Shown here: piece after piece, positions 47,460 through 59,484 of the stretch
Numbering within the stretch: the first letter of the stretch is position 1
Layout of the letters: each line of letters begins with the position of its first letter
From: Bacilli bacterium
GTDB taxonomy: Bacteria; Bacillota_I; Bacilli_A; RFN20; CAG-826
Direction: 5' to 3'
NCBI GenBank assembly: GCA_034185265.1
Contig: JAXFZD010000021.1
Span: 5,734-69,733, forward strand
DNA: 64,000 bases
Notes under the pieces: model-generated
What the model was told of the DNA's origin: nothing
Seen by the model: the letters and a program-made list of their open reading frames with translations, nothing else
The model's database searches: none
Translations under genes and position numbers: made by a program

Positions 47460-48076
47460 TGTTTCTTTCTAATCATTAGTTGGTGGGCTCCATTAATTAT
47501 ATAAGAGAGCAGCCAAGTAAGAAGAATGATGCCAAATATCGATAATATCGATACAACAACATCATTATTTTTTATATCTAGGAATGAATATGGCGCCTTA
47601 ATCGCATCATTAACTACTGCAATAAGAATAACTGCTCCATAAATAAGTTCAGGTAAATTAATAACTAAACAATAAATATTTTTCATGTCATATCTATTGT
47701 CATCTAAGAAGATATTTATGATAGCTAAAACGGGGATTATTAAATAGTAAACACAGCTAGTAAAAGTGGAGATATATTTAACTCCATAAATAGGGATGTA
47801 AACCATCACACATACTGAAAATCCCAGCAAAACCCCGGTATTTGATAAGATATTGAGTATATAAAGCCATTTACATTTAAAGTCTTTTTTGAAGTTTATA
47901 ATGTTAAAAACGATATTAAATGCAGAGATTCCTATTAATAATAAATGGAAGTAGGAAACGTATGAAAGAAAGAAAATTCCCCAAGGCTTTGGCTGCAAAA
48001 TAATAGCTAAAATTTCGAAAAGAAAAACCAATCCGTTAAGTATAATGAATAATAAACGACGTAAATTAATATTCAT
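47456..48076 (-). CDS. integral membrane protein (6 TM), unknown function
   Basis: A hydrophobic 206-aa ORF starting 9 nt after the upstream stop. Confidence 0.55.
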   Translation of the reverse strand: MNINLRRLLFIILNGLVFLFEILAIILQPKPWGIFFLSYVSYFHLLLIGISAFNIVFNIINFKKDFKCKWLYILNILSNTGVLLGFSVCVMVYIPIYGVKYISTFTSCVYYLIIPVLAIINIFLDDNRYDMKNIYCLVINLPELIYGAVILIAVVNDAIKAPYSFLDIKNNDVVVSILSIFGIILLTWLLSYIINGAHQLMIRKKH

Positions 48077-48084
48077 GCGAGAGA

Positions 48085-49731
48085 TTATACATCTGCATAG
48101 CAGCTTCCACCAATAAATTCTCTCATCAAAGAATTAGATGGAATCCATTGATCTGGTAAATCAACGAAGAATTTGAGCATTCTAAGTAATCTTAAAGAAA
48201 TCTGATAGAATTCAGAGTTTTTATCGATTTGTTGTAATAGTGGAAGAGCATATTTCTTTAGAACTGGTAATTCATATGGAAGCATTGAATTATAGACATA
48301 ATCGCAGCCCTCTTGGCATGGATAAATCCACTTAAATTCACCTTTTCTAACATTTGGCCACATGGCTAATGTTTCTTCAGCGCTGGCTCCTCTAAATTTA
48401 TAGTCTCTAACTATTCTTCTTAAAAGTCTTAAATCGGTAAGAGAAACAGGATTATGATCATCAAGATTCATTTGAGCTTGAGGAGCGATGAAAATCTTAA
48501 ATTTAGCAGATTTAGGGATACCTGTAGTTAATTTATCGTTTAAAGCATGGATTCCTTCGATGATGATTGGCTCATTCCTGCTTACTTTAATTGTTCTTCC
48601 TGGAACTCTCTTTCCAAGTTGGAAATTAAAGGAAGGAAGAGTAACTTCTTCACCATTAATTAAATCGAGCATGTTTTGGTTAAATAGTTCGATATCAAGA
48701 GCTTCAAGAGCTTCTAAATCAGGTTTTCCATCTTCACCTAAAGGAATTTGATCTTTCATTAAGTAATAATCATCTAGGGAGATTCTAATAGGTTTGATAC
48801 CTCTAGAAAGAAGTTCTATTCTTAATCTATTTGCGAATGTTGTTTTTCCACTAGAAGAAGGTCCTGCAACGCAAATAAGAGAAATATCATCGATTCCATC
48901 TTCGATTAATTGTCCTAATTCACATAATTCTCTGTTATGTTTTGCTTCACTAAGATTAATAAATTCGATTGGACCTGCGGTTTCAATAATCTTGTTTATT
49001 TTAGCAACAGTGTCGGTTTGAATTGTTTTTGACCATTCATGAGATTCTTTTAAGACTCTTCTAAATGTTGGAGCGTCTTCAAATTCGGGAATTCTTCCAC
49101 CTTCTTCAGCACGTGGATATTGTAGTAAGAATCCAGGAGCATAAAGTCTTAAAGTAAAATCTGTGATATATCCTGTAGAAGGAACCATGTGAGAATACAT
49201 GTAATTGATGTAGTTTTCACAAGAGTAGAGGTGGACTGTTTTCTCAGGTCTATATTTAAGGATATCTAATTTGTCGTAGAACCCTCTTTCTTGGAAGACT
49301 TTTTCAGCTTCTTGAGAAGAAACAATATATCTCTTTAAAGGTAAATCAGCTTTAATAATGTTCTTAATTTCATGAGTTACTTTGATAAGCATTGCGGTAT
49401 TTGCAACATATTCATTACCAAGAAGATTGATGGAAATAGATCTAGAAACATTATAAGAGAATTTAATCCTTAATTTTGGATAACAACGAGCAAAAGCCAT
49501 CGCAACTACGTAACGAAGACTTGCTTCATACATTCTCATTGCTGCAGTATCAGAGACACCAAGCCATTCAATTTCAGCATCATAATAAACTTCGTAAGTT
49601 AATTCTCTAACTACGTTATTTACTTTTGCTGCAATTATTTTTCTATCATCATTATTTTCTAATAGAGAAAGAAGAGAAGCCTTCTTTTCACATTGAATTT
49701 CTTTACCACCAATTTTCACAGTAAAACCCAT
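48085..49731 (-). CDS. uridine-kinase-family nucleoside kinase fused to N-terminal TGS/ThrRS-SAD-like domains
   Basis: P-loop VAGPSSSGKTTFANRL in the C-terminal half and a TGS-like N-terminus (MGFTVKIGGKEIQCEK..SLLSLL). RBS AGGAG. Confidence 0.75.
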   Translation of the reverse strand: MGFTVKIGGKEIQCEKKASLLSLLENNDDRKIIAAKVNNVVRELTYEVYYDAEIEWLGVSDTAAMRMYEASLRYVVAMAFARCYPKLRIKFSYNVSRSISINLLGNEYVANTAMLIKVTHEIKNIIKADLPLKRYIVSSQEAEKVFQERGFYDKLDILKYRPEKTVHLYSCENYINYMYSHMVPSTGYITDFTLRLYAPGFLLQYPRAEEGGRIPEFEDAPTFRRVLKESHEWSKTIQTDTVAKINKIIETAGPIEFINLSEAKHNRELCELGQLIEDGIDDISLICVAGPSSSGKTTFANRLRIELLSRGIKPIRISLDDYYLMKDQIPLGEDGKPDLEALEALDIELFNQNMLDLINGEEVTLPSFNFQLGKRVPGRTIKVSRNEPIIIEGIHALNDKLTTGIPKSAKFKIFIAPQAQMNLDDHNPVSLTDLRLLRRIVRDYKFRGASAEETLAMWPNVRKGEFKWIYPCQEGCDYVYNSMLPYELPVLKKYALPLLQQIDKNSEFYQISLRLLRMLKFFVDLPDQWIPSNSLMREFIGGSCYADV

Positions 49732-49928
49732 AAATTATTAAGCTCCTTTTTCGAGTAGAGTATATTAATATGAAAGCCCTTTCATTTCAATACTTTAAAA
49801 TTTCTTTTTTTATGGTATGGCAAGGGGAGAATTTCTAACTATTTTCTATCGATATATTTATTAAAAATAAATAGGTCAATATTGCCTAAGAGCTTTTTTT
49901 AGTTTAATATTTTCGTGTTTTGAATCGT

Positions 49929-50351
49929 ATGGGGAAAAGTAAAATTAAAAAATTTAGTCTAAAGTTGAACGTCATTGTTTTACTTTGTATAGATTTTTTA
50001 GTACTTCTCGCTCTAATTCCTTATGCAGTTAATGGCTATATCGGGTTTATGTATGGCTGGATACTTGGCTGTGGAGTAGAGATGATTTGCTTACTTACTA
50101 TTTATTATTCAACTTTTTCTGTTCTTATTGACCCTGATAAGACTAAAGGAGTTGCGTTAACTATCCTTTTCTCTGTTGTTAGATTAGGTTTAATTGTTGG
50201 AATGCTTATTGTTTCCGCTATGTATACATTTTTATTTGGCTGGCCAAATTTATTATATTTTTGGACAACAGTAGGAGGAATTTTACCTCTTCCTGTCGTG
50301 CTTGGAATTACAACATTAATCATAAATAGAGAAAAAGGAGCCGAGAAATGA
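49929..50351 (+). CDS. atpI: ATP synthase protein I-like small membrane protein
   Basis: A hydrophobic protein of about 140 aa immediately upstream of, and overlapping, atpB. ATG 49929 is preferred over the track's TTG 49920. Confidence 0.55.
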   Translation: MGKSKIKKFSLKLNVIVLLCIDFLVLLALIPYAVNGYIGFMYGWILGCGVEMICLLTIYYSTFSVLIDPDKTKGVALTILFSVVRLGLIVGMLIVSAMYTFLFGWPNLLYFWTTVGGILPLPVVLGITTLIINREKGAEK

Positions 50352-51151
50352 TGAGTTTTTTGTCTTCTAACCCTCTTAACGACCTCAAAGAGCGTTTTTT
50401 AAATTTTGAAATTACTGGACCTGTTTATGTCTCTTTAGTAGTCATGGGTTTTGTTGCAATCCTTTGTTTAATTATTTTTATTGAGACCTTAATTCAAGAT
50501 CCTTTAAAGAAACCTAGAAGGATATTAGCTTTAGTAGAAATCTTGGTTAACTGGATTGAAGACTTTGCTGAAGAGAAAATGGGACCTAACCATGGAAATT
50601 GGGGCGGATATCTCATGGGATTATTCGTCTATTTATTTCTTTCATTTATTTGGTCAATCACTGGAATGACCGGCGTTATTGAATATTTACTTATTCCTTT
50701 CTCTTTGTCAGTTGTCATGTTTGTATTGATTCAAGTTACAGCAATTCATCATAAGCATCTTTATTACTTCCATAGATATATCGAACCAGTAAAAATCTGG
50801 TTACCAATTAACTTGATTACTATGTGGACTCCAATAATTTCCACTTCATTACGTATGTTTGGTAATGCTCTTGCTGGAAGTGTAGTTATTGGATTAGTTT
50901 CCTGGGCTTTAAGAAAAATTTCTCTATCTATTTTTGCAGCCCTTCCAAACAATGCTGGACAGGTGTTTTTAGCACCAGCTGTCATAGCAGTTTTAAATCT
51001 TTACTTTAGTTTATTCTCTGGATTTATCCAGACTTTAGTTTTTGCCTCATTAAATGCCGTTTGGATTGGGCAAGAACTTCCTCAAGAAGAAACAATGGGG
51101 AAAGCAAGTCAGGTGACAAGACAGAAGGATAAGGAATTAAAAAACGCATAA
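50348..51151 (+). CDS. atpB: F0 ATP synthase subunit a
   Basis: SLRMFGNALAG contains the essential Arg. Polytopic protein. Confidence 0.9.
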   Translation: MMSFLSSNPLNDLKERFLNFEITGPVYVSLVVMGFVAILCLIIFIETLIQDPLKKPRRILALVEILVNWIEDFAEEKMGPNHGNWGGYLMGLFVYLFLSFIWSITGMTGVIEYLLIPFSLSVVMFVLIQVTAIHHKHLYYFHRYIEPVKIWLPINLITMWTPIISTSLRMFGNALAGSVVIGLVSWALRKISLSIFAALPNNAGQVFLAPAVIAVLNLYFSLFSGFIQTLVFASLNAVWIGQELPQEETMGKASQVTRQKDKELKNA

Positions 51152-51163
51152 GGAGGAAAAACT

Positions 51164-51454
51164 ATGTCTTTATTTAATTCATTATTAGCTTTACCAATGC
51201 TAGACAATGCCATGGGTATTGGATTAATCGCTATTGGTGCAGCTCTTTGCGTTTGCGTCGGAACATTCTCTTCTTTAGGAGAATCCAAGATCTGCTGTCA
51301 CGCAATTGATGCTATGGCAAGAAACCCAGAAGAGAGAGGACATCTTCAATCAACAATGATTTTAGCGGTCGCTCTTGACGAATCTTGTGCTATTTACGCA
51401 TTAATTATCGCTATCTTAATTATCTTCATTCTTCCAGGAAACTTAGCAGCCTAA
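51164..51454 (+). CDS. atpE: F0 ATP synthase subunit c
   Basis: Helical hairpin with an ARNPE loop and the carboxylate motif ALDESCAIYAL. RBS AAGGAGG. Confidence 0.9.
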   Translation: MSLFNSLLALPMLDNAMGIGLIAIGAALCVCVGTFSSLGESKICCHAIDAMARNPEERGHLQSTMILAVALDESCAIYALIIAILIIFILPGNLAA

Positions 51455-51468
51455 TTTAGGAAGATAAA

Positions 51469-52074
51469 ATGATTGATTTAAGCAATATTGTTTTTGCTTT
51501 AAAAAGTAGTGCTTCTTCCGAATCTAACACGGCAGCTCCGGGAAGCAATCCTTTTAGCGCGGACGATTTTGTAAACAAGGTATTTCCTAATAACATATGG
51601 GAACTTGTTATTCAAATCGCTGCTTTTGTCATTCTTCTTTTAATTGTCTTCTTCATAGCTTATAAACCCGTGAAGAAAATGCTTAAGAAAAGAGGAGATT
51701 TTATTGAAACTAATATAAACGAAGCTTTAGAAAAAAATAAAATCGCAACCGAAGCAGCTTTGAATAAAGAAAAAACTATTGAAGAAGGAAAACTTGAAGC
51801 TTCTAGAATTATTAATGCTGCAAAAATTGAAGCAGCAGCTGAAGCGAACAAAATTCTAGCTGAAGCTAAAGAAGATGCTGCAAAAGTTAAAAAGAAAGCT
51901 GATGAAGACATCAAACTTGCTAAAGAACAATCTCTTCTTGAGACGAGAAATGAAATGGTTGATGTTGCTTTATCTGCTTCTAGTGTTTTGCTTGGAAGAG
52001 AGATTAACGATGAAGATAATTCAAGATTAGTTTCTGATTTTATTAATTCAATTAATTCTAAGGAGGGCAAATAA
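51469..52074 (+). CDS. atpF: F0 ATP synthase subunit b
   Basis: One TM helix followed by a long A/E/K-rich helix. Operon position supports the call. Confidence 0.85.
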   Translation: MIDLSNIVFALKSSASSESNTAAPGSNPFSADDFVNKVFPNNIWELVIQIAAFVILLLIVFFIAYKPVKKMLKKRGDFIETNINEALEKNKIATEAALNKEKTIEEGKLEASRIINAAKIEAAAEANKILAEAKEDAAKVKKKADEDIKLAKEQSLLETRNEMVDVALSASSVLLGREINDEDNSRLVSDFINSINSKEGK

Positions 52075-52619
52075 TGGATTCGTATGCTTATACTTATTCT
52101 TTTGCCCTCTATGATTTGATTGATAAATCTAAGCAGGAAGACTACGTTAATGCTTTGAAAGAAATCAGTCTTATATTTAAGAACGAGAAAGATTTCTTTC
52201 GCCTTCTTTCAGGATATTCTCCTTCCTTTGATGAGAAAGAAAGAATCATTGATAAAGTATTTAAAAACGTTGAATTACCTTATTTAAAAGAATTCTTAAA
52301 ATTAATCGTAAAACGTCATAGATGTTGGGGATTTACGGAGATTTTAGAGAATTTTGAGAGTTTGGTTAATGCTTCAATAGGTATAAAAGAAGGCTTGCTA
52401 TATAGCGCATTTCCTCTTAAGGAAAAGCAGCTTAAAGAGATTCAAAATAATCTAGAAAAGTATTTCAACTGTAAGGTTAAACTTACAACGAAAATTGATC
52501 CTGAACTTATTGGTGGAGTAAAAGTCGCCATTGAGGGAAAAGTGTTTGATGGATCGCTTAAAACAAAAATTACCAATTTAAAGAAAGAACTTATGGGAGG
52601 AAGTAGAAATGAAAATTAA
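52074..52619 (+). CDS. atpH: F1 ATP synthase subunit delta (OSCP)
   Basis: Operon position, and C-terminal [18 protein letters not shown]. Confidence 0.85.
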   Translation: MDSYAYTYSFALYDLIDKSKQEDYVNALKEISLIFKNEKDFFRLLSGYSPSFDEKERIIDKVFKNVELPYLKEFLKLIVKRHRCWGFTEILENFESLVNASIGIKEGLLYSAFPLKEKQLKEIQNNLEKYFNCKVKLTTKIDPELIGGVKVAIEGKVFDGSLKTKITNLKKELMGGSRNEN

Positions 52620-54114
52620 TTCTGCTGAAATTGCTTCACTTATTAAAGAACAGATTAAGAACTACAAAAGTGAAGTAGAACTCGATGATGTTGGTACAGT
52701 TATTTCTGTAGGTGATGGAATTGCCTTAGTCTATGGCTTAGATAAAGCTATGTTAGGTGAACTTTTAATCTTCCCTCATGATGTTTACGGAATGGTAATG
52801 AACCTTGATGAAGAAGATGTCGGAGCTGTTTTATTTGGTTCTGACAAACAAATCATGGAAGGTGACACAGTTAAAAGAACAGGTAAAGTAGTTGAAGTTC
52901 CTGTTGGCGATGCTGTTTTAGGTAGAGTTATTAATTCCTTAGGACTTCCTCTAGATGAAAAAGGAAAAATAGAACTAGATAAGACTAGACCAATAGAAAG
53001 AATTGCTCCTGGAGTCATGAAAAGAAAGAGCGTTAACACTCCTTTAGAAACCGGATTAAAGGCAATTGACGCTATGATTCCTATTGGAAGAGGCCAAAGA
53101 GAACTTATTATTGGAGATAGACAAACTGGTAAAACAGCTATTTGTTTAGACACAATAATCAATCAAAAAGGTAAAAATGTTAAATGCGTTTATGTTGCAA
53201 TTGGTCAAAAGAATTCAACCGTTGCTTCTTTAGTTGAGAAATTAAAGCAACATAATTGTTTAGATTATGTCTGCGTTATTTCTTCTTCTGCTTCAGAAAG
53301 TGCTCCGCTTCAATACATCGCTCCATTTGCTGGTATGGCAATTGCTGAAGAATGGATGGAAAGAGGAGAAGATGTCTTAATTGTATTTGATGATTTAAGT
53401 AAGCATGCCGTTGCTTATCGTACTTTATCTCTTTTATTAAAGAGATCTCCAGGAAGAGAAGCTTATCCAGGAGACATTTTCTATTTACATTCAAGATTAT
53501 TAGAGAGAGCTTGTAGACTTTCTGATGAATATGGAGGCGGTTCTATTACTGCTTTACCAGTAGTTGAAACTCAAGCTGGAGATATTTCTGCTTATATTCC
53601 AACAAATATTATTTCTATTACAGATGGGCAAATCTTTCTTGTTGTAGATTACTTTAACGCAGGTCAAAGACCAGCTGTTGATAGTGGATTCTCTGTTTCT
53701 AGAGTAGGATCTAGTGCTCAATTTAAAGCAATGAAACAAGTTGCTTCTAGCTTAAAAATTGAATTAGCTTCCTATAGAGAAATGCTTTCTTTTGCTCAAT
53801 TTGGTTCTGATTTAGATGAATCTACTAGAGAAACTCTTAAACATGGTTCAATCTTAATGGAAACCTTAAAGCAAAAACAATTTGACCCATATCCAATGTG
53901 GAAGATGGTTGTCGAATTATTCGCTGTTAAACATAAATATCTAGATAATCTCGAAGTTAAAGAAGTTGAATCTTATTTAACTGGGTTAGATTCTTTTGTT
54001 GAGGCTTCTTACCCAAATTTAATTGAGAAGCTAAACAAAGAAAAAGCAATTACTGAAGAAATTGATAATTTACTTCATGTTGCAATAAAGGATTATTTGA
54101 TTTCTAGGAGATAA
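52609..54114 (+). CDS. atpA: F1 ATP synthase subunit alpha
   Basis: [10 protein letters not shown]-loop and canonical alpha-subunit sequence throughout. Confidence 0.97.
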   Translation: MKINSAEIASLIKEQIKNYKSEVELDDVGTVISVGDGIALVYGLDKAMLGELLIFPHDVYGMVMNLDEEDVGAVLFGSDKQIMEGDTVKRTGKVVEVPVGDAVLGRVINSLGLPLDEKGKIELDKTRPIERIAPGVMKRKSVNTPLETGLKAIDAMIPIGRGQRELIIGDRQTGKTAICLDTIINQKGKNVKCVYVAIGQKNSTVASLVEKLKQHNCLDYVCVISSSASESAPLQYIAPFAGMAIAEEWMERGEDVLIVFDDLSKHAVAYRTLSLLLKRSPGREAYPGDIFYLHSRLLERACRLSDEYGGGSITALPVVETQAGDISAYIPTNIISITDGQIFLVVDYFNAGQRPAVDSGFSVSRVGSSAQFKAMKQVASSLKIELASYREMLSFAQFGSDLDESTRETLKHGSILMETLKQKQFDPYPMWKMVVELFAVKHKYLDNLEVKEVESYLTGLDSFVEASYPNLIEKLNKEKAITEEIDNLLHVAIKDYLISRR

Positions 54115-54117
54115 TTA

Positions 54118-56406
<2,289 letters not shown>

Positions 56407-56407
<1 letters not shown>

Positions 56408-56820
56408 TGTTTAAATTGTCTATTTATACACCTAATGGAATCTTTATAGAGAAGGAAGTTAATGAAGTAATCGTTCCTTCTTTAAAAGGTCCTTTAAGCA
56501 TATCTAGCGGTTATACAAATATTATTGAAGTTTGCGAAGATGCAGGGGTTATAAAGATAATTGATGAAAAAGGAGCAAGTTTTGCGGCGATTTTCAATTC
56601 TATAGTTAAAGTCATAGAAGGTCACTGTATCATTACAGCTTCAGATATTAATTCAGGAATTGAAGTAGATTTAGATAGAGCAATCAGAGCAAAAGATAAA
56701 GCTTTGAATTCTCTTCAAGAAAATCTATCTGCTGAAGATATTAAGATGGCAAAAGTTAAACTAGCTAAAGCCATATCTAGAATTTCAGCTAAAAATTTAA
56801 CAAACGGAAAGGACGCATAG
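56407..56820 (+). CDS. atpC: F1 ATP synthase subunit epsilon
   Basis: Operon position (TAATG overlap with atpD), 137 aa, beta-sandwich plus helical hairpin pattern. Confidence 0.9.
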
Positions 56821-56822
56821 TT

Positions 56823-58058
56823 ATGATTAATTTCGTTTTTGTTTCTCCAAATTTCCCATCTCGCTATTTTAAATGGGTTGAATCTCTTTCAAGAAGAGGA
56901 ATCAGAGTTTTAGGAATAGGGGACTCCCCACATTATGACTTAAGTCCTAGATTAACTAATTACTTGACTGAATATTATTTCTTAGCTGATTTATCTAACT
57001 ATGAAGAAATGAAGAAAGCAATCAGATATTTTGAATCTAAATATGGAAAAATAGATTATTTAGAATCAAATAATGAATGGTGGCTTGAACAAGATGCTTC
57101 TTTAAGAAAAGAATTTGGCATTAATACAGGTTTCCATCCTGAAGATATGAGAAAAATCAAAGCTAAATCTGCTATGAAAGCTTATTTTGAAAAAGCTGGA
57201 GTCAAAACAGCTAGATATATCTTAATTAATGGAACTGCTGATAGAGTTGCCGCTTTAGAATTTATAGAAAAAGTTGGATATCCGGTATTTGTTAAACCTG
57301 ACATCGGAGTTGGTGCTGCTAAATCCTATTCGATTAAAAACGAAGCTGATTTAAATAAGTTCTTCATGGAAGAGTTCAATCAAACTTACATTATGGAAGA
57401 ATATGTTGATGGCTGGATTATGTCTTTCGATGGAATTTGTAATTCTAAGAGTGAATGCGTATTCTGCTGCTCAGATCATTTCCCAATTCCTACAGCAGAT
57501 GTTGTTAATCTTCTTCTTGATGATGTTTATTTTATCAATCCATTTGATCTCTCTTCTTATGATATTGATATCAAAGAATTCGAACAAATGGGTAGAAGAG
57601 TTGTTAAGAGCTTTGGAATTCAAAAAAGAATGTTCCATATCGAATTCTTCGTTCTGAATAAGACTAAAAAAGGCTTAGGAAAGAAAGGTGATATTATTGC
57701 TCTAGAGTGCAATATGAGACCAGCTGGAGGATATACTCCAGACCTCATAAATTTTGCAATTTCCGCCTCTGTTTATGAAATATACGCTGATGTAATCGCT
57801 TTTGATGAAAATAGACAAGACATGTCTTTAACTAAATATTATTCATTTGCAATCTCTAGAAGAGATAACCATAAATATGAGCATAGTAATGAAGAAATAT
57901 TCGAAAAATATAAAGATTATATCTGTGCATATGGAAGATATCCAAAGCACATAGCTGATGATATGGGCGATGAATATTTCTACGGAAAGTTCACAGACTA
58001 TCAAAAAGCTTGGGAATTTGATGCCTTCATTAGAAAGCAAATAGATCAAGAGAAATAA
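56823..58058 (+). CDS. ATP-grasp domain protein (carboxylate-amine ligase-like), substrate unknown
   Basis: The layout FVSPNFP..YF.W...L...G..VLGIGD ... GYPVFVKPDIGVGA ... HIEFF ... ECNMRPAGG is typical of an ATP-grasp fold. The ATG is 2 nt after the atpC stop. Confidence 0.7.
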   Translation: MINFVFVSPNFPSRYFKWVESLSRRGIRVLGIGDSPHYDLSPRLTNYLTEYYFLADLSNYEEMKKAIRYFESKYGKIDYLESNNEWWLEQDASLRKEFGINTGFHPEDMRKIKAKSAMKAYFEKAGVKTARYILINGTADRVAALEFIEKVGYPVFVKPDIGVGAAKSYSIKNEADLNKFFMEEFNQTYIMEEYVDGWIMSFDGICNSKSECVFCCSDHFPIPTADVVNLLLDDVYFINPFDLSSYDIDIKEFEQMGRRVVKSFGIQKRMFHIEFFVLNKTKKGLGKKGDIIALECNMRPAGGYTPDLINFAISASVYEIYADVIAFDENRQDMSLTKYYSFAISRRDNHKYEHSNEEIFEKYKDYICAYGRYPKHIADDMGDEYFYGKFTDYQKAWEFDAFIRKQIDQEK

Positions 58059-58849
58059 GAATCAATTTGATCATAAGAAACGCTAGTTAAAGTAGCGTTT
58101 TTTGATACGTAAAATTCGTTAGGGTAATTCTCAAGTAAATAGGATTTTTCTTGTTCACTTAAGAAGGAAGTCTCAACTCTAATTATTTTCCTTTTTGTCT
58201 CTTTTACTTTCAAAAAGAGGTGATACGTATGTTCATTTTCGCCATTATCAAAGTAAATTAGTGAATCAAATTTATTTAAAATATTTTGGAATCCCGTCAT
58301 GGTTCTTATACTATACATATTTAATAAATTTGACTGAGCGGAGATTGCATTTTTAAATGCTTTAGAGGAGACTCTAGCATCGTCGATGTTTACTTTAAAG
58401 GCTTTATTCTCATCTTGAAGGAAATAAACACTTGGAGTAACTAAGTATTCAAAAGTTTCCGCATAAGATGGGAAAGCAGCAATCAAAGGATTTAAAGACG
58501 ATAATGTAGCCGAATGAGCATACATTTCATATTGATATTCTTTTAAGAAAGAAAACAAAATAGGTTTGAATTCAATGCAATGTTGGCAGAATTCGCCATA
58601 TAAATATAGGAAGATAGATTCTCCAGAACATATTTTACTTATTATCGTATCTAAATTTGCTTCTCTAGCGTATGAATAATAATCCTGAGACTCGATATTT
58701 GTGTTATAAATATCACCGTTTTTTTGGAAGTAAGGAAAAGAATTATCGTAAGGATAATCTGCTGGATCGTCTTTTGAAGAAGTAGAAGAGCAACTTAAAA
58801 GCGCTCCTACAAAACTTAAAGTAATTAATGTCCTCGCTACCTTTTTCAT
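58046..58849 (-). CDS. thioredoxin-fold lipoprotein (CxxC)
   Basis: Lipobox GALLSCSS. The segment IFLYLYGEFCQHCIEFKP is a thioredoxin-like C-Q-H-C motif. Confidence 0.6.
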   Translation of the reverse strand: MKKVARTLITLSFVGALLSCSSTSSKDDPADYPYDNSFPYFQKNGDIYNTNIESQDYYSYAREANLDTIISKICSGESIFLYLYGEFCQHCIEFKPILFSFLKEYQYEMYAHSATLSSLNPLIAAFPSYAETFEYLVTPSVYFLQDENKAFKVNIDDARVSSKAFKNAISAQSNLLNMYSIRTMTGFQNILNKFDSLIYFDNGENEHTYHLFLKVKETKRKIIRVETSFLSEQEKSYLLENYPNEFYVSKNATLTSVSYDQIDSYFS

Positions 58850-58942
58850 CCTTATTATTATATACTTAATGTAGTGAGAGCGTATGATACTAATTTTAGA
58901 TATTTTACGTGTCTAAAGTATTAAATAGGAAAGGAGTAAAGA

Positions 58943-59482
58943 ATGAATATTTTACATTCAATCGATAGATCTAAAATTCAACCAGATCACTTCTATGCGT
59001 GTATTGAGATTCCCGCTGGAAGCTCAAATAAATATGAAATAGATCATGAAACAGGATGTTTAGTTCTTGATAGAGTTTTATATACAGCAACTCATTATCC
59101 TCATAATTATGGATTTATTCCTAGAACTTGGGGAAATGATGAGGATCCACTAGATGTACTTGTTATTTGTTCAGCACCTTTAGTTCCTCTAGCTTTATGT
59201 AGATGCTATCCAATAGGCATTTTATCAATGAATGATAGTGGAGAATCTGATTCCAAGATTATTGCTATATGTGAAAATGATCCTCTTTATAATTCTTTTA
59301 AAGATATTAAGGATTTACCTCCACATGTCTTTGATGAAATAGAGCATTTCTTTAAACACTATAAAGAATTAGAGAATTTTAAAGATACAGTTATTGAAGG
59401 AATTCATGGCGTAGAAAAAGCTAAATCCACAATTAAAAGAGCTATAAAACGTTATGAAGAAAAATTTCCTGAATATCTATAA
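58943..59482 (+). CDS. ppa: inorganic pyrophosphatase (family I)
   Basis: EIPAGSSNKYE, YPHNYGFIP and DPLDVLV motifs. Confidence 0.95.
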   Translation: MNILHSIDRSKIQPDHFYACIEIPAGSSNKYEIDHETGCLVLDRVLYTATHYPHNYGFIPRTWGNDEDPLDVLVICSAPLVPLALCRCYPIGILSMNDSGESDSKIIAICENDPLYNSFKDIKDLPPHVFDEIEHFFKHYKELENFKDTVIEGIHGVEKAKSTIKRAIKRYEEKFPEYL

Positions 59483-59484
59483 TT

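Noticed and set aside
49770-49785. 16-bp palindrome ATGAAAGCCCTTTCAT in the udk-like/atpI divergent intergenic region
   Set aside because: It is a single copy with no partner site and no nearby regulator. It could be an operator, but I have no supporting evidence. I note it only.
51660-52070. 136-aa ORF antisense to atpF
   Set aside because: It mirrors the A/E/K-rich coiled coil of subunit b (GCT/GAA/AAA repeats read backwards give S/F/L/A). It has no independent signals.
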